Shown here: piece by piece, positions 21,638 to 35,628 of the stretch
Layout of the letters: every line of letters starts with the position of its first letter
How positions within the stretch are numbered: the stretch's first letter is position 1
NCBI RefSeq assembly: GCF_017348835.2
Contig: NZ_CP071375.1
Strand: one strand, 5' to 3'
Source of the DNA: Escherichia coli
Lineage (GTDB): Bacteria; Pseudomonadota; Gammaproteobacteria; Enterobacterales; Enterobacteriaceae
Length of the DNA: 64,000 nucleotides
Translations under genes and position numbers: made by a program
Notes under the pieces: model-generated
What the model saw: the letters and a program-made list of their open reading frames with translations, nothing else
Databases searched by the model: none
Told to the model about the DNA's origin: nothing

Positions 21638-23773
21638 ATGAGCACCATTGTGATTTTTTTAGCTGCTTTGCTGGCCTGCTCACTACTTGCGGGATGGCTG
21701 ATAAAAGTGCGATCCAGACGGCGTCAGCTGCCCTGGACCAACGCCTTCGCGGATGCGCAAACGCGTAAACTCACACCTGAAGAACGTAGCGCCGTTGAAA
21801 ATTATCTTGAGAGCCTGACGCAGGTATTACAGGTGCCTGGCCCAACGGGAGCCAGCGCGGCACCGATCTCTCTGGCGCTGAATGCCGAAAGCAACAACGT
21901 CATGATGCTGACACACGCTATCACGCGTTACGGCATCTCTACCGACGATCCGAATAAATGGCGTTACTACCTCGATTCGGTAGAAGTCCACCTGCCCCCT
22001 TTCTGGGAACAGTACATCAACGATGAGAATACCGTTGAACTGATTCATACCGATTCGCTGCCGCTGGTTATTTCACTCAACGGTCATACGCTGCAGGAGT
22101 ACATGCAGGAAACGCGCGGCTATGCCTTGCAACCTGTTCCGTCCACGCAGGCGTCGATTCGCGGGGAAGAGAGTGAGCAAATCGAGCTACTCAATATTCG
22201 CAAAGAAACGCATGAAGAATATGCGCTGAGTCGTCCGCGCGGGCTGCGTGAAGCGTTGCTGATCGTCGCCTCCTTCCTGATGTTCTTTTTCTGCCTAATT
22301 ACCCCGGATGTATTTGTTCCGTGGCTGGCAGGTGGCGCGTTACTGCTGCTGGGCGCAGGTCTGTGGGGGCTATTCGCCCCCCCGGCAAAATCCTCCCTGC
22401 GGGAAATTCATTGTCTGCGCGGTACACCCCGTCGTTGGGGATTGTTTGGCGAAAACGATCAGGAACAGATCAACAATATTTCACTCGGTATTATCGACCT
22501 GGTCTATCCCGCACACTGGCAGCCATACATTGCTCAGGATCTCGGTCAACAAACCGATATCGATATCTATCTCGACCGCCACGTAGTGCGTCAGGGGCGA
22601 TATCTTTCGCTGCATGATGAAGTAAAAAACTTTCCGTTACAGCACTGGCTGCGCAGTACGATTATCGCTGCGGGCTCGCTGCTGGTGCTGTTTATGCTGT
22701 TATTCTGGATCCCGCTGGATATGCCGCTGAAATTCACTCTCTCATGGATGAAAGGCGCACAGACCATTGAAGCCACCAGCGTAAAACAACTGGCTGACGC
22801 TGGCGTGCGGGTTGGTGATACATTGCGTATTAGCGGTACTGGAATGTGTAATATTCGCACTTCCGGTACCTGGAGCGCGAAAACCAACTCACCTTTTTTA
22901 CCGTTTGACTGCTCGCAGATCATCTGGAATGACGCCCGCTCATTGCCATTACCAGAATCTGAATTGGTCAACAAAGCGACGGCATTGACCGAAGCAGTTA
23001 ATCGCCAGCTGCACCCTAAACCGGAAGATGAATCTCGCGTCAGTGCCTCATTACGTTCAGCAATTCAAAAATCCGGTATGGTATTGCTTGATGATTTTGG
23101 CGACATTGTACTGAAGACAGCGGATCTGTGTTCTGCCAAAGATGACTGTGTGCGACTGAAAAATGCGCTGGTCAATCTCGGCAACAGTAAAGACTGGGAC
23201 GCGCTGGTAAAACGCGCCAACGCCGGGAAACTCGATGGCGTGAATGTGTTATTACGCCCGGTGAGTGCGGAATCGCTGGATAACCTGGTGGCAACCTCCA
23301 CCGCGCCGTTTATCACGCATGAAACGGCGCGAGCGGCACAATCACTAAACAGTCCGGCCCCCGGCGGATTCCTGATTGTCAGCGACGAAGGCAGCGATTT
23401 TGTTGATCAGCCCTGGCCTTCGGCATCACTTTACGACTACCCGCCGCAAGAACAGTGGAACGCTTTCCAGAAACTGGCACAAATGCTGATGCATACGCCG
23501 TTTAACGCCGAGGGTATCGTCACAAAAATCTTCACTGACGCCAATGGTACGCAGCATATAGGCCTTCATCCGATCCCGGATCGTTCCGGCCTGTGGCGCT
23601 ATCTCAGCACCACGCTGCTGCTACTGACGATGCTGGGTAGCGCCATTTACAATGGCGTACAGGCCTGGCGGCGTTACCAGCGTCATCGCACTCGCATGAT
23701 GGAGATTCAGGCCTATTATGAAAGCTGCCTGAACCCGCAACTGATCACCCCTTCAGAAAGCCTTATCGAATAA
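21638..23773 (+). CDS. igaA: IgaA, inner-membrane negative regulator of the Rcs phosphorelay
   Basis: 711-aa ORF with TM segments, synteny. Confidence 0.9.
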   Translation: MSTIVIFLAALLACSLLAGWLIKVRSRRRQLPWTNAFADAQTRKLTPEERSAVENYLESLTQVLQVPGPTGASAAPISLALNAESNNVMMLTHAITRYGISTDDPNKWRYYLDSVEVHLPPFWEQYINDENTVELIHTDSLPLVISLNGHTLQEYMQETRGYALQPVPSTQASIRGEESEQIELLNIRKETHEEYALSRPRGLREALLIVASFLMFFFCLITPDVFVPWLAGGALLLLGAGLWGLFAPPAKSSLREIHCLRGTPRRWGLFGENDQEQINNISLGIIDLVYPAHWQPYIAQDLGQQTDIDIYLDRHVVRQGRYLSLHDEVKNFPLQHWLRSTIIAAGSLLVLFMLLFWIPLDMPLKFTLSWMKGAQTIEATSVKQLADAGVRVGDTLRISGTGMCNIRTSGTWSAKTNSPFLPFDCSQIIWNDARSLPLPESELVNKATALTEAVNRQLHPKPEDESRVSASLRSAIQKSGMVLLDDFGDIVLKTADLCSAKDDCVRLKNALVNLGNSKDWDALVKRANAGKLDGVNVLLRPVSAESLDNLVATSTAPFITHETARAAQSLNSPAPGGFLIVSDEGSDFVDQPWPSASLYDYPPQEQWNAFQKLAQMLMHTPFNAEGIVTKIFTDANGTQHIGLHPIPDRSGLWRYLSTTLLLLTMLGSAIYNGVQAWRRYQRHRTRMMEIQAYYESCLNPQLITPSESLIE

Positions 23774-23837
23774 CACGTTTGCGCGGCAGGTTATGCTACC
23801 CTGTCGCGCAAATTGCTTCACTCTGGAGATTTCCCTC

Positions 23838-24506
23838 ATGCATATCAACATTGCCTGGCAGGACGTAGATACCGTTCTGCTGGATATGGACGGCACGTTG
23901 CTCGACCTCGCCTTCGATAACTATTTCTGGCAAAAGCTGGTGCCTGAAACATGGGGCGCGAAAAACGGGGTTACGCCACAGGAAGCGATGGAATATATGC
24001 GCCAGCAATATCACGACGTACAGCATACGCTAAACTGGTACTGTCTTGATTACTGGAGTGAGCAACTGGGTCTGGATATCTGTGCGATGACCACCGAGAT
24101 GGGACCGCGTGCCGTACTGCGTGAAGATACCATTCCGTTTCTTGAGGCACTGAAAGCCAGCGGTAAGCAGCGAATTTTGCTCACCAATGCGCATCCGCAC
24201 AACCTGGCGGTAAAACTTGAGCATACCGGTCTGGACGCACACCTTGATTTATTACTTTCCACCCACACATTTGGTTATCCGAAAGAGGATCAGCGGTTAT
24301 GGCATGCGGTGGCCGAAGCTACGGGTCTGAAAGCTGAAAGAACGCTGTTTATTGATGACAGCGAAGCGATTCTCGATGCTGCCGCGCAATTTGGTATTCG
24401 TTACTGCCTCGGCGTGACTAATCCTGACTCCGGGATTGCCGAGAAACAGTATCAACGCCATCCGTCACTGAATGACTACCGCCGCCTGATCCCCTCGCTA
24501 ATGTGA
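23838..24506 (+). CDS. yrfG: HAD-family nucleotidase YrfG
   Basis: ORF 23793-24506; start placed at MHINIAWQDVDTVLLDMDGTLLDL (HAD motif I) giving 222 aa. Confidence 0.9.
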   Translation: MHINIAWQDVDTVLLDMDGTLLDLAFDNYFWQKLVPETWGAKNGVTPQEAMEYMRQQYHDVQHTLNWYCLDYWSEQLGLDICAMTTEMGPRAVLREDTIPFLEALKASGKQRILLTNAHPHNLAVKLEHTGLDAHLDLLLSTHTFGYPKEDQRLWHAVAEATGLKAERTLFIDDSEAILDAAAQFGIRYCLGVTNPDSGIAEKQYQRHPSLNDYRRLIPSLM

Positions 24507-24516
24507 AGGAGACGCC

Positions 24517-24918
24517 ATGAAAGAAAAACCTGCTGTTGAGGTTCGACTGGATAAATGGCTATGGGCTGCCCGTTTTTATAAAACCCGCGCGCTGGCCCGT
24601 GAAATGATTGAAGGCGGTAAGGTGCATTACAACGGGCAGCGCAGCAAGCCGAGCAAAATCGTCGAGCTGAATGCCACGCTCACTCTGCGCCAGGGAAATG
24701 ACGAACGCACGGTGATTGTAAAGGCGATTACTGAACAGCGTCGCCCCGCCAGCGAGGCAGCCTTGCTGTATGAAGAGACTGCGGAAAGTGTAGAGAAACG
24801 CGAAAAAATGGCGCTGGCACGTAAACTTAATGCCTTAACCATGCCGCATCCGGACCGACGCCCGGACAAAAAAGAGCGCCGCGACCTGTTACGATTTAAA
24901 CACGGCGACAGTGAATAA
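24517..24918 (+). CDS. hslR: Heat shock protein 15 (ribosome-associated, S4-like RNA-binding)
   Basis: 133-aa ORF, synteny. Confidence 0.9.
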   Translation: MKEKPAVEVRLDKWLWAARFYKTRALAREMIEGGKVHYNGQRSKPSKIVELNATLTLRQGNDERTVIVKAITEQRRPASEAALLYEETAESVEKREKMALARKLNALTMPHPDRRPDKKERRDLLRFKHGDSE

Positions 24919-24942
24919 CTGTCACCTGCAAGAGAGATGATT

Positions 24943-25821
24943 ATGCCGCAACATGACCAATTACATCGCTATCTGTTTGAAAACTTTGCCGTGCGCGGCG
25001 AACTGGTAACCGTTTCGGAAACCCTGCAACAGATCCTTGAGAATCATGATTATCCGCAGCCCGTTAAAAACGTGCTGGCAGAACTGCTGGTTGCGACCAG
25101 CCTGTTAACCGCTACGCTGAAGTTTGATGGTGATATCACAGTACAGCTGCAGGGCGACGGTCCGATGAATCTGGCGGTTATTAACGGTAACAATAACCAG
25201 CAAATGCGCGGTGTGGCGCGCGTGCAGGGCGAAATTCCAGAAAATGCCGACCTGAAAACGCTGGTCGGCAATGGTTACGTGGTGATCACCATTACCCCGA
25301 GCGAAGGTGAACGCTATCAGGGCGTGGTGGGTCTGGAAGGTGATACCCTGGCGGCCTGCCTGGAAGATTACTTTATGCGTTCTGAACAGCTGCCGACGCG
25401 CCTGTTTATTCGCACCGGCGACGTAGACGGCAAACCGGCTGCAGGCGGTATGTTGTTGCAGGTAATGCCTGCGCAAAATGCCCAGCAGGACGACTTTGAC
25501 CACCTGGCAACGCTAACCGAAACCATCAAAACCGAAGAACTGCTGACCTTACCGGCAAACGAAGTGTTGTGGCGTTTGTATCACGAAGAAGAGGTGACGG
25601 TTTACGATCCGCAGGATGTGGAGTTCAAATGCACCTGCTCGCGTGAACGTTGCGCCGATGCACTGAAAACGCTGCCTGATGAAGAAGTCGATAGCATCCT
25701 GGCGGAAGATGGCGAAATTGACATGCATTGTGATTACTGCGGTAACCACTATCTGTTCAATGCGATGGATATTGCTGAAATCCGCAATAACGCGTCTCCG
25801 GCAGATCCGCAAGTTCATTAA
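24943..25821 (+). CDS. hslO: Hsp33 redox-regulated chaperone
   Basis: ORF 24937-25821; C-terminal CxC...CxxC zinc centre ([16 protein letters not shown]). Confidence 0.95.
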   Translation: MPQHDQLHRYLFENFAVRGELVTVSETLQQILENHDYPQPVKNVLAELLVATSLLTATLKFDGDITVQLQGDGPMNLAVINGNNNQQMRGVARVQGEIPENADLKTLVGNGYVVITITPSEGERYQGVVGLEGDTLAACLEDYFMRSEQLPTRLFIRTGDVDGKPAAGGMLLQVMPAQNAQQDDFDHLATLTETIKTEELLTLPANEVLWRLYHEEEVTVYDPQDVEFKCTCSRERCADALKTLPDEEVDSILAEDGEIDMHCDYCGNHYLFNAMDIAEIRNNASPADPQVH

Positions 25822-25829
25822 TGAGTATG

Positions 25830-25857
25830 TCCGGCAGAGAGGACTCTGCCGGATTTT
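25830..25857 (+). terminator. Rho-independent terminator after hslO
   Basis: TCCGGCAGAG-AGG-ACTCTGCCGGA hairpin followed by TTTTAC. Confidence 0.7.
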
Positions 25858-25955
25858 ACGACTTAATGGCCTGATGTGCTGCGCTTACCAGGCCTATGAA
25901 ATAAATCGTAAATTATTGTTGGTCAGATACAGCGTCGTATCCGATAAAAGCGTTG

Positions 25956-27680
25956 TCACTTACTTAAGTTTATTTCCAGCGTTTCACCATCTACCGTCAG
26001 ATCGCGCCACGCTTTCGGCCTCGTCCCCAGTTTTCCATCCTTCGCAGCTGTGAGTAATTTTTCTTTCGTTATTTCGTTCGGAAGTAAACTCATATCAAGC
26101 GCGTCCCATTCTTTTCTGTCTGAGTCAAAGCCATAGACAATGACTCTGTCATCATTAAAAGCAAACAGGATCCGCTCCGCCTGACCATCACTATTCAGAT
26201 CTTGCTCGACCAGGACGCAGGCGTCTTTTTCAATGCAGGTCATCACGTTATAGCGATCCTGGATTAAGGCCGACCAGAATGTCGCATCCGGTTTAACAGA
26301 ACCAGGGGCAATTAACACATTTTCGGCTAATACTTTTTCCGATATCTGTTGCTGAAGATGTTGCTCTCCATCTAACGCCATCAACAGATCCCGCGCACGT
26401 TTCGGGTCTTTCATAAACCCGGCATCGCTTTTCAGCGACTCAAGCGCCGCACGTCCATAGCGACCGCTCTGTTCGAGCATATAGAGACTTACCTGGTCTG
26501 GCGTGTTTTTGCCGCTCTGATAATGCGCCATATGACTGTTCACGCTAATGCGCATACTGTCCAGCACCGGCGAATTAAGAAGCACCAGTATTACCAACAC
26601 TAATAACGAAACCGCAAGGTTCACTTTGCCCTGAAGAGCAAGGGGATTTTGCCCATTACGCCAGACGATACTGACAAAATATCCCAGCGACCACACCAGT
26701 AACACCAGCACCGCCAGCGCGCCCTGCAAGCGGTCGACAGTCCAGCCGTACTGAGCGACCCGCAGCCATAACGCCCAGGCGGCGACGAACACATACAGCG
26801 GAGCAACCAGCAAAGCGGTTTTAATCAGGCAACGCAACGGCCCCGTCCAGGGAAGAGACGCTTTTTGCGGATCGCGGACAATAGCCATTAAGATCAATTG
26901 CAAAAAGGCCAGCGTTAACAGCAACCCAGCGGCGGAGATGTGGCGAGAAATCGCGCTCAGGCCCGTAAACGGCAGGGTGATGATAAACATCAGGGTTAGC
27001 AATGATACTAACGGCAGCAACCCCGTGGCGATTAACGTGAACAACTTTTGAATAGAGTCGATTAAACGTGACTGTGTTCGCGCGAGGATCACCGCCAGCG
27101 CGGTAACCAGACCTAACGTGAGATAAATAAACCAGTCGGTTGCAAAAAAGAGCGTATTGAAAAACGTGATGCCAACAAGTTTAAACAACTCACTCCACAG
27201 TAAAAGCACCAGCCACGTCAGGCCATTGGCGAGAAAAATCACCAGTAATATAAGTACGTTATGCCATACTGACTGGTAAAAGTAGCTATAGCGGCTACTG
27301 CCATTACGGATACGAAGGCTTTGTTGTATCCACGGTAGCAACAACATTGCCATCAACAGCAGATAGCAGCCAAAATCCCAAAGCGCCTTTTCAGCTCTCC
27401 AGGGGGTCATGCCATCAGTTTGCCACTTCAGCCAGCCGCTCATCCCTGTCGTGGCAATAAACACCAGCGCCAGCCATCCCCAAAGGCGCTTCTGTTTAAA
27501 GGAGATCACGGAGAAGAGTAAAACGGATGAAAACGCGACGGTCGCAGGCACGCCATAAACAATCCAACTGTGATTTTTTCCGGCAAGCCAGGCGATCAGC
27601 AGGTAGCAAACCAGCCCCTGAAGTAATCCGGTAGCAATCATCCCCCAGCGTGTTGCTGGTGAAAGTTCAACGTTATCCAT
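25956..27680 (-). CDS. yhgE: YhgE, large polytopic inner-membrane protein
   Basis: 574-aa hydrophobic ORF, synteny. Confidence 0.85.
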   Translation of the reverse strand: MDNVELSPATRWGMIATGLLQGLVCYLLIAWLAGKNHSWIVYGVPATVAFSSVLLFSVISFKQKRLWGWLALVFIATTGMSGWLKWQTDGMTPWRAEKALWDFGCYLLLMAMLLLPWIQQSLRIRNGSSRYSYFYQSVWHNVLILLVIFLANGLTWLVLLLWSELFKLVGITFFNTLFFATDWFIYLTLGLVTALAVILARTQSRLIDSIQKLFTLIATGLLPLVSLLTLMFIITLPFTGLSAISRHISAAGLLLTLAFLQLILMAIVRDPQKASLPWTGPLRCLIKTALLVAPLYVFVAAWALWLRVAQYGWTVDRLQGALAVLVLLVWSLGYFVSIVWRNGQNPLALQGKVNLAVSLLVLVILVLLNSPVLDSMRISVNSHMAHYQSGKNTPDQVSLYMLEQSGRYGRAALESLKSDAGFMKDPKRARDLLMALDGEQHLQQQISEKVLAENVLIAPGSVKPDATFWSALIQDRYNVMTCIEKDACVLVEQDLNSDGQAERILFAFNDDRVIVYGFDSDRKEWDALDMSLLPNEITKEKLLTAAKDGKLGTRPKAWRDLTVDGETLEINLSK

Positions 27681-28058
27681 GTTGGTTATCCAGAATCAAA
27701 AGGTGGGTTAATTATCGCATCCGGGCAGTAGTATTTTGCTTTTTTCAGAAAATAATCAAAAAAAGTTAGCGTGGTGAATCGATACTTTACCGATTGAATT
27801 TGCATCAATTTCATTCAGGAATGCGATTCCACTCACAATATTCCCGCCATATAAACCAAGATTTAACCTTTTGAGAACATTTTCCACACCTAAAATGCTA
27901 TTTCTGCGATAATAGCAACCGTTTCGTGACAGGAATCACGGAGTTTTTTGTCAAATATGAATTTCTCCAGATACGTAAATCTATGAGCCTTGTCGCGGTT
28001 AACACCCCCAAAAAGACTTTACTATTCAGGCAATACATATTGGCTAAGGAGCAGTGAA

Positions 28059-29681
28059 ATGCGCGTTAACAATGGTTTGACCCCGCAAGAACTCGAGGCT
28101 TATGGTATCAGTGACGTACATGATATCGTTTACAACCCAAGCTACGACCTGCTGTATCAGGAAGAGCTCGATCCGAGCCTGACAGGTTATGAGCGCGGGG
28201 TGTTAACTAATCTGGGTGCCGTTGCCGTCGATACCGGGATCTTCACCGGTCGTTCACCAAAAGATAAGTATATCGTCCGTGACGATACCACTCGCGATAC
28301 TTTCTGGTGGGCAGACAAAGGCAAAGGTAAGAACGACAACAAACCTCTCTCTCCGGAAACCTGGCAGCATCTGAAAGGCCTGGTGACCAAGCAGCTTTCC
28401 GGCAAACGTCTGTTCGTTGTCGACGCTTTCTGTGGTGCGAACCCGGATACTCGTCTTTCCGTCCGTTTCATCACCGAAGTGGCCTGGCAGGCGCATTTTG
28501 TCAAAAACATGTTTATTCGCCCGAGCGATGAAGAGCTGGCAGGTTTCAAACCAGACTTTATCGTTATGAACGGCGCGAAGTGCACTAACCCGCAGTGGAA
28601 AGAACAGGGTCTGAACTCCGAAAACTTCGTGGCGTTTAACCTGACCGAGCGCATGCAGCTGATTGGCGGCACCTGGTACGGCGGCGAAATGAAGAAAGGG
28701 ATGTTCTCGATGATGAACTACCTGCTGCCGCTGAAAGGTATCGCTTCTATGCACTGCTCCGCCAACGTTGGTGAGAAAGGCGATGTTGCGGTGTTCTTCG
28801 GCCTTTCCGGCACAGGTAAAACCACCCTTTCCACCGACCCGAAACGCCGCCTGATTGGCGATGACGAGCACGGCTGGGACGATGACGGCGTGTTTAACTT
28901 CGAAGGCGGCTGCTACGCGAAAACTATCAAGCTGTCGAAAGAAGCGGAACCTGAAATCTACAACGCTATCCGTCGTGATGCGCTGCTGGAAAACGTCACC
29001 GTGCGTGAAGATGGCACTATCGACTTTGATGATGGTTCAAAAACCGAGAACACCCGCGTTTCTTATCCGATCTATCACATCGATAACATTGTTAAGCCGG
29101 TTTCCAAAGCGGGCCACGCGACTAAGGTTATCTTCCTGACTGCTGATGCTTTCGGCGTGTTGCCGCCGGTTTCTCGCCTGACTGCCGATCAAACCCAGTA
29201 TCACTTCCTCTCTGGCTTCACCGCCAAACTGGCCGGTACTGAGCGAGGCATCACCGAACCGACGCCAACCTTCTCCGCTTGCTTCGGCGCGGCATTCCTG
29301 TCGCTGCACCCGACTCAGTACGCAGAAGTGCTGGTGAAACGTATGCAGGCGGCGGGCGCGCAGGCTTATCTGGTTAACACTGGCTGGAACGGCACTGGCA
29401 AACGTATCTCGATTAAAGATACCCGCGCCATTATCGACGCCATCCTCAACGGTTCGCTGGATAATGCAGAAACCTTCACTCTGCCGATGTTTAACCTGGC
29501 GATCCCAACCGAACTGCCGGGCGTAGACACGAAGATTCTCGATCCGCGTAACACCTACGCTTCCCCGGAACAGTGGCAGGAAAAAGCCGAAACCCTGGCG
29601 AAACTGTTTATCGACAACTTTGATAAATACACCGACACCCCTGCGGGTGCCGCGCTGGTAGCGGCTGGTCCGAAACTGTAA
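28059..29681 (+). CDS. pck: Phosphoenolpyruvate carboxykinase (ATP)
   Basis: ORF 27990-29681; start placed at [17 protein letters not shown] with RBS AAGGAG upstream; kinase-1a motif GLSGTGKTT. Confidence 0.95.
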
Positions 29682-29726
29682 TGATTTGAAGCTGGAGAAT
29701 ATCTATCCAGTATCTTATAGAAAGCA

Positions 29727-29756
29727 AAACGGGAGGCACCTTCGCCTCCCGTTTAT

Positions 29757-29757
<1 letters not shown>
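29727..29757. terminator. Bidirectional rho-independent terminator between convergent pck and envZ
   Basis: AAAACGGGAGGCACCTTCGCCTCCCGTTT hairpin. Confidence 0.8.
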
Positions 29758-31825
<2,068 letters not shown>

Positions 31826-32052
31826 TGTTTGTACTCCCAAAGGTTCGCAACAATTTGTAAGCGTGTATTCTTAAAAAAGCTCACGTTCGTCACCAGCTAA
31901 ATCTGGTATGAATTTCAGCCTAAATTGTTACAAAGCATATTAAACAGCAGCTTAAGTATACAATTTATTCGGCGAAACATTATTGATTCTGTTGATATGA
32001 TCACGTTATACCCAATGTGCGCATTATCAAACAGACAAAGGGAATCAACGAG

Positions 32053-32529
32053 ATGAAAACGCCCCTGGTTACCCGGGAAGGGTATGAAAAACTCAAACAA
32101 GAGCTTAATTATCTCTGGCGTGAAGAACGCCCGGAGGTCACAAAAAAGGTGACCTGGGCCGCAAGTCTGGGCGACCGCAGCGAAAATGCTGACTATCAGT
32201 ATAATAAAAAGCGTCTGCGTGAAATCGACCGTCGCGTGCGCTATCTCACTAAATGCATGGAAAATCTCAAAATCGTCGATTACTCCCCTCAGCAGGAAGG
32301 CAAAGTCTTTTTTGGCGCGTGGGTGGAGATTGAAAACGACGATGGCGTGACTCACCGTTTCCGTATTGTCGGCTACGATGAAATTTTTGGCCGTAAAGAT
32401 TACATCTCTATCGATTCCCCGATGGCCCGCGCATTGCTGAAAAAAGAAGTCGGCGATCTGGCTGTGGTGAATACTCCTGCCGGGGAAGCGAGCTGGTATG
32501 TTAATGCTATCGAGTACGTGAAACCGTAA
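32053..32529 (+). CDS. greB: Transcript cleavage factor GreB
   Basis: ORF 32017-32529; start placed at MKTPLVTREGYEKLKQEL giving 158 aa. Confidence 0.95.
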   Translation: MKTPLVTREGYEKLKQELNYLWREERPEVTKKVTWAASLGDRSENADYQYNKKRLREIDRRVRYLTKCMENLKIVDYSPQQEGKVFFGAWVEIENDDGVTHRFRIVGYDEIFGRKDYISIDSPMARALLKKEVGDLAVVNTPAGEASWYVNAIEYVKP

Positions 32530-32625
32530 GGAAGAGTCTTAACCTCCTGCCGATGGCTGGCATTTTTGCCAGCCAGTCCGTATAACTATCCCCTGATTTT
32601 TGATCCGAAAAGATGAACTCAAACC

Positions 32626-34947
32626 ATGATGAATGATTCGTTCTGCCGCATTATTGCGGGTGAAATTCAGGCGCGCCCGGAACAGGTTGACGCTGCCGTT
32701 CGCCTGCTTGACGAAGGGAATACCGTGCCGTTTATCGCACGTTATCGTAAGGAAATCACCGGCGGTCTGGATGACACGCAGCTGCGTAATCTGGAAACGC
32801 GTCTGAGCTATCTGCGCGAGCTGGAAGAGAGACGTCAGGCGATCCTCAAGTCCATTTCCGAGCAAGGCAAACTCACCGATGATCTGGCGAATGCCATCAA
32901 CGCCACCCTAAGCAAAACCGAACTCGAAGACCTCTACCTGCCCTACAAACCTAAACGCCGCACCCGCGGGCAAATCGCCATTGAAGCAGGGCTTGAGCCG
33001 TTGGCTGACCTGCTGTGGAGCGATCCGTCACACACGCCAGAAGTCGCCGCTGCGCAATATATTGATGCAGATAAAGGCGTGGCAGATACCAAAGCCGCGC
33101 TGGACGGCGCGCGCTATATCCTGATGGAACGGTTTGCCGAAGATGCCGCGCTGCTGGCGAAAGTGCGTGATTATCTGTGGAAGAACGCGCATTTGGTTTC
33201 TACGGTGGTGAGCGGTAAAGAAGAGGAAGGGGCGAAATTCCGCGACTATTTCGATCATCACGAACCGTTGTCCACGGTGCCTTCTCACCGCGCGCTGGCG
33301 ATGTTCCGTGGGCGTAACGAAGGCGTACTCCAGCTTTCGCTGAATGCCGATCCGCAGTTCGATGAGCCGCCAAAAGAGAGCTATTGCGAGCAAATCATCA
33401 TGGATCATCTCGGCCTGCGCCTGAACAATGCTCCGGCGGATAGCTGGCGCAAAGGCGTGGTGAGCTGGACCTGGCGCATCAAGGTGCTGATGCATCTAGA
33501 AACCGAACTGATGGGCACCGTGCGCGAACGCGCGGAAGATGAAGCAATCAACGTCTTTGCCCGTAACCTGCACGATCTGCTGATGGCGGCCCCTGCCGGA
33601 CTGCGTGCAACGATGGGCCTCGATCCGGGTCTGCGTACTGGGGTAAAAGTGGCGGTGGTCGATGCCACTGGCAAACTGGTAGCGACCGATACCATTTACC
33701 CGCACACCGGACAAGCCGCAAAAGCAGCGATGACTGTTGCTGCGCTGTGTGAAAAGCATAACGTTGAACTGGTGGCGATCGGCAACGGTACAGCTTCCCG
33801 CGAAACCGAACGTTTCTATCTCGACGTGCAGAAGCAGTTCCCGAAAGTGACCGCACAGAAAGTGATCGTCAGCGAAGCTGGCGCGTCGGTTTACTCGGCT
33901 TCCGAGCTGGCAGCGCAGGAGTTCCCGGATCTCGACGTTTCGCTGCGTGGCGCGGTTTCTATCGCCCGCCGTTTGCAGGATCCGCTGGCGGAGCTGGTGA
34001 AAATCGATCCGAAATCTATCGGCGTAGGTCAGTATCAGCATGACGTTAGCCAGACGCAACTGGCCCGCAAACTGGACGCAGTAGTAGAAGACTGCGTAAA
34101 CGCCGTTGGCGTCGATCTCAACACTGCTTCTGTTCCGCTGTTAACCCGCGTGGCGGGCCTGACGCGCATGATGGCGCAAAACATCGTGGCCTGGCGCGAT
34201 GAGAACGGCCAGTTCCAGAACCGTCAGCAACTGCTGAAAGTCAGCCGTCTGGGGCCGAAAGCCTTCGAGCAGTGCGCGGGCTTCCTGCGCATTAACCACG
34301 GTGATAACCCGCTGGACGCCTCTACCGTTCACCCGGAAGCCTATCCGGTGGTGGAACGCATTCTGGCAGCAACACAGCAGGCACTGAAAGATCTGATGGG
34401 TAACAGCAGCGAACTGCGTAACCTGAAAGCGTCTGACTTTACTGATGAAAAATTCGGTGTGCCGACAGTAACTGACATCATCAAAGAGCTGGAAAAACCG
34501 GGTCGCGATCCGCGTCCGGAATTTAAAACCGCTCAGTTTGCCGATGGCGTCGAGACAATGAACGACCTGCAACCGGGTATGATCCTCGAAGGCGCTGTCA
34601 CCAACGTCACCAACTTTGGCGCGTTTGTCGATATCGGCGTGCATCAGGACGGCCTGGTTCACATCTCTTCATTGTCGAACAAGTTTGTGGAAGATCCGCA
34701 TACCGTGGTGAAAGCGGGCGACATTGTGAAGGTGAAAGTGCTGGAAGTGGATCTTCAGCGTAAACGTATCGCCCTGACTATGCGTCTGGACGAGCAGCCT
34801 GGCGAAACCAACGCCCGTCGCGGCGGCGGTAACGATCGCCCGCAAAACAACCGCCCGGCAGCCAAACCACGCGGTCGTGAAGCGCAGCCTGCCGGTAACA
34901 GCGCGATGATGGACGCGCTGGCGGCAGCAATGGGCAAAAAACGTTAA
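32626..34947 (+). CDS. tex: Tex/YhgF transcription-accessory protein (YqgF/RuvC-like, HhH and S1 domains)
   Basis: 773-aa ORF; C-terminal S1 domain followed by basic tail. Confidence 0.9.
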   Translation: MMNDSFCRIIAGEIQARPEQVDAAVRLLDEGNTVPFIARYRKEITGGLDDTQLRNLETRLSYLRELEERRQAILKSISEQGKLTDDLANAINATLSKTELEDLYLPYKPKRRTRGQIAIEAGLEPLADLLWSDPSHTPEVAAAQYIDADKGVADTKAALDGARYILMERFAEDAALLAKVRDYLWKNAHLVSTVVSGKEEEGAKFRDYFDHHEPLSTVPSHRALAMFRGRNEGVLQLSLNADPQFDEPPKESYCEQIIMDHLGLRLNNAPADSWRKGVVSWTWRIKVLMHLETELMGTVRERAEDEAINVFARNLHDLLMAAPAGLRATMGLDPGLRTGVKVAVVDATGKLVATDTIYPHTGQAAKAAMTVAALCEKHNVELVAIGNGTASRETERFYLDVQKQFPKVTAQKVIVSEAGASVYSASELAAQEFPDLDVSLRGAVSIARRLQDPLAELVKIDPKSIGVGQYQHDVSQTQLARKLDAVVEDCVNAVGVDLNTASVPLLTRVAGLTRMMAQNIVAWRDENGQFQNRQQLLKVSRLGPKAFEQCAGFLRINHGDNPLDASTVHPEAYPVVERILAATQQALKDLMGNSSELRNLKASDFTDEKFGVPTVTDIIKELEKPGRDPRPEFKTAQFADGVETMNDLQPGMILEGAVTNVTNFGAFVDIGVHQDGLVHISSLSNKFVEDPHTVVKAGDIVKVKVLEVDLQRKRIALTMRLDEQPGETNARRGGGNDRPQNNRPAAKPRGREAQPAGNSAMMDALAAAMGKKR

Positions 34948-35028
34948 ACGCCCGGACTGGCCCCTAAACCTGCGCGATAAGGCGTTCACGCCGCATCTGG
35001 CAACGAACGCCTTGTCTGACATAAAAGT

Positions 35029-35055
35029 GCCGGAGAATATCTCCGGCATATTTAT
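35029..35055 (+). terminator. Rho-independent terminator after tex
   Basis: GCCGGAGAATATCTCCGGC hairpin followed by ATATTTATT. Confidence 0.7.
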
Positions 35056-35248
35056 TCCACAGCCAAACTCACAATATATTCCGTTAATATTTATCACTTC
35101 ATTAACAACTGAAACCTTAATTAAACATTAGCCAGTCCTGGTAATTCGCTATTCGAATTATATTTTCGCTGCGATATAACCTTGAGCCACATCAACATTG
35201 AGTCAGATTATTATTCAAACCAACATTCGCACACATTTTAAGTATTGC

Positions 35249-35275
35249 TGATAGAAACCATTCTCATTATCATTG
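35249..35275 (+). promoter_or_regulatory. Fur-box-like operator in feoA promoter region
   Basis: TGATAGAAACCATTCTCATTATCATTG resembles GATAATGATAATCATTATC consensus; ~110 bp upstream of feoA. Confidence 0.55.
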
Positions 35276-35384
35276 TACTGTTGATTATTTAATCTCTCCT
35301 TCGTTGGCAAATCATCTGGTCTCATGTCGCTGTCAAACGCCCCATGAGGTAGTTATCCAGTTAATGAGAAACAAGTAGGCACCT

Positions 35385-35612
35385 ATGCAATACACTCCAG
35401 ATACTGCGTGGAAAATCACTGGCTTTTCCCGTGAAATCAGCCCGGCATATCGCCAAAAACTGCTTTCTCTTGGCATGTTACCTGGCTCCTCTTTTAATGT
35501 GGTGCGCGTCGCTCCACTCGGCGACCCCATTCATATCGAAACCCGTCGTGTGAGCCTGGTATTACGCAAAAAAGATCTGGCCTTATTAGAAGTGGAAGCG
35601 GTTTCCTGTTAA
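35385..35612 (+). CDS. feoA: Ferrous iron transport protein A
   Basis: 75-aa ORF, synteny. Confidence 0.95.
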   Translation: MQYTPDTAWKITGFSREISPAYRQKLLSLGMLPGSSFNVVRVAPLGDPIHIETRRVSLVLRKKDLALLEVEAVSC

Positions 35613-35628
35613 TACGGTGATAACAACA

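Noticed and set aside
27990-28058. Upstream in-frame extensions of pck (also aroK, rtcR, gntX, glpR ORFs in the track)
   Set aside because: Extensions lack RBS and disrupt promoter regions; internal starts with good Shine-Dalgarno spacing give the expected protein sizes
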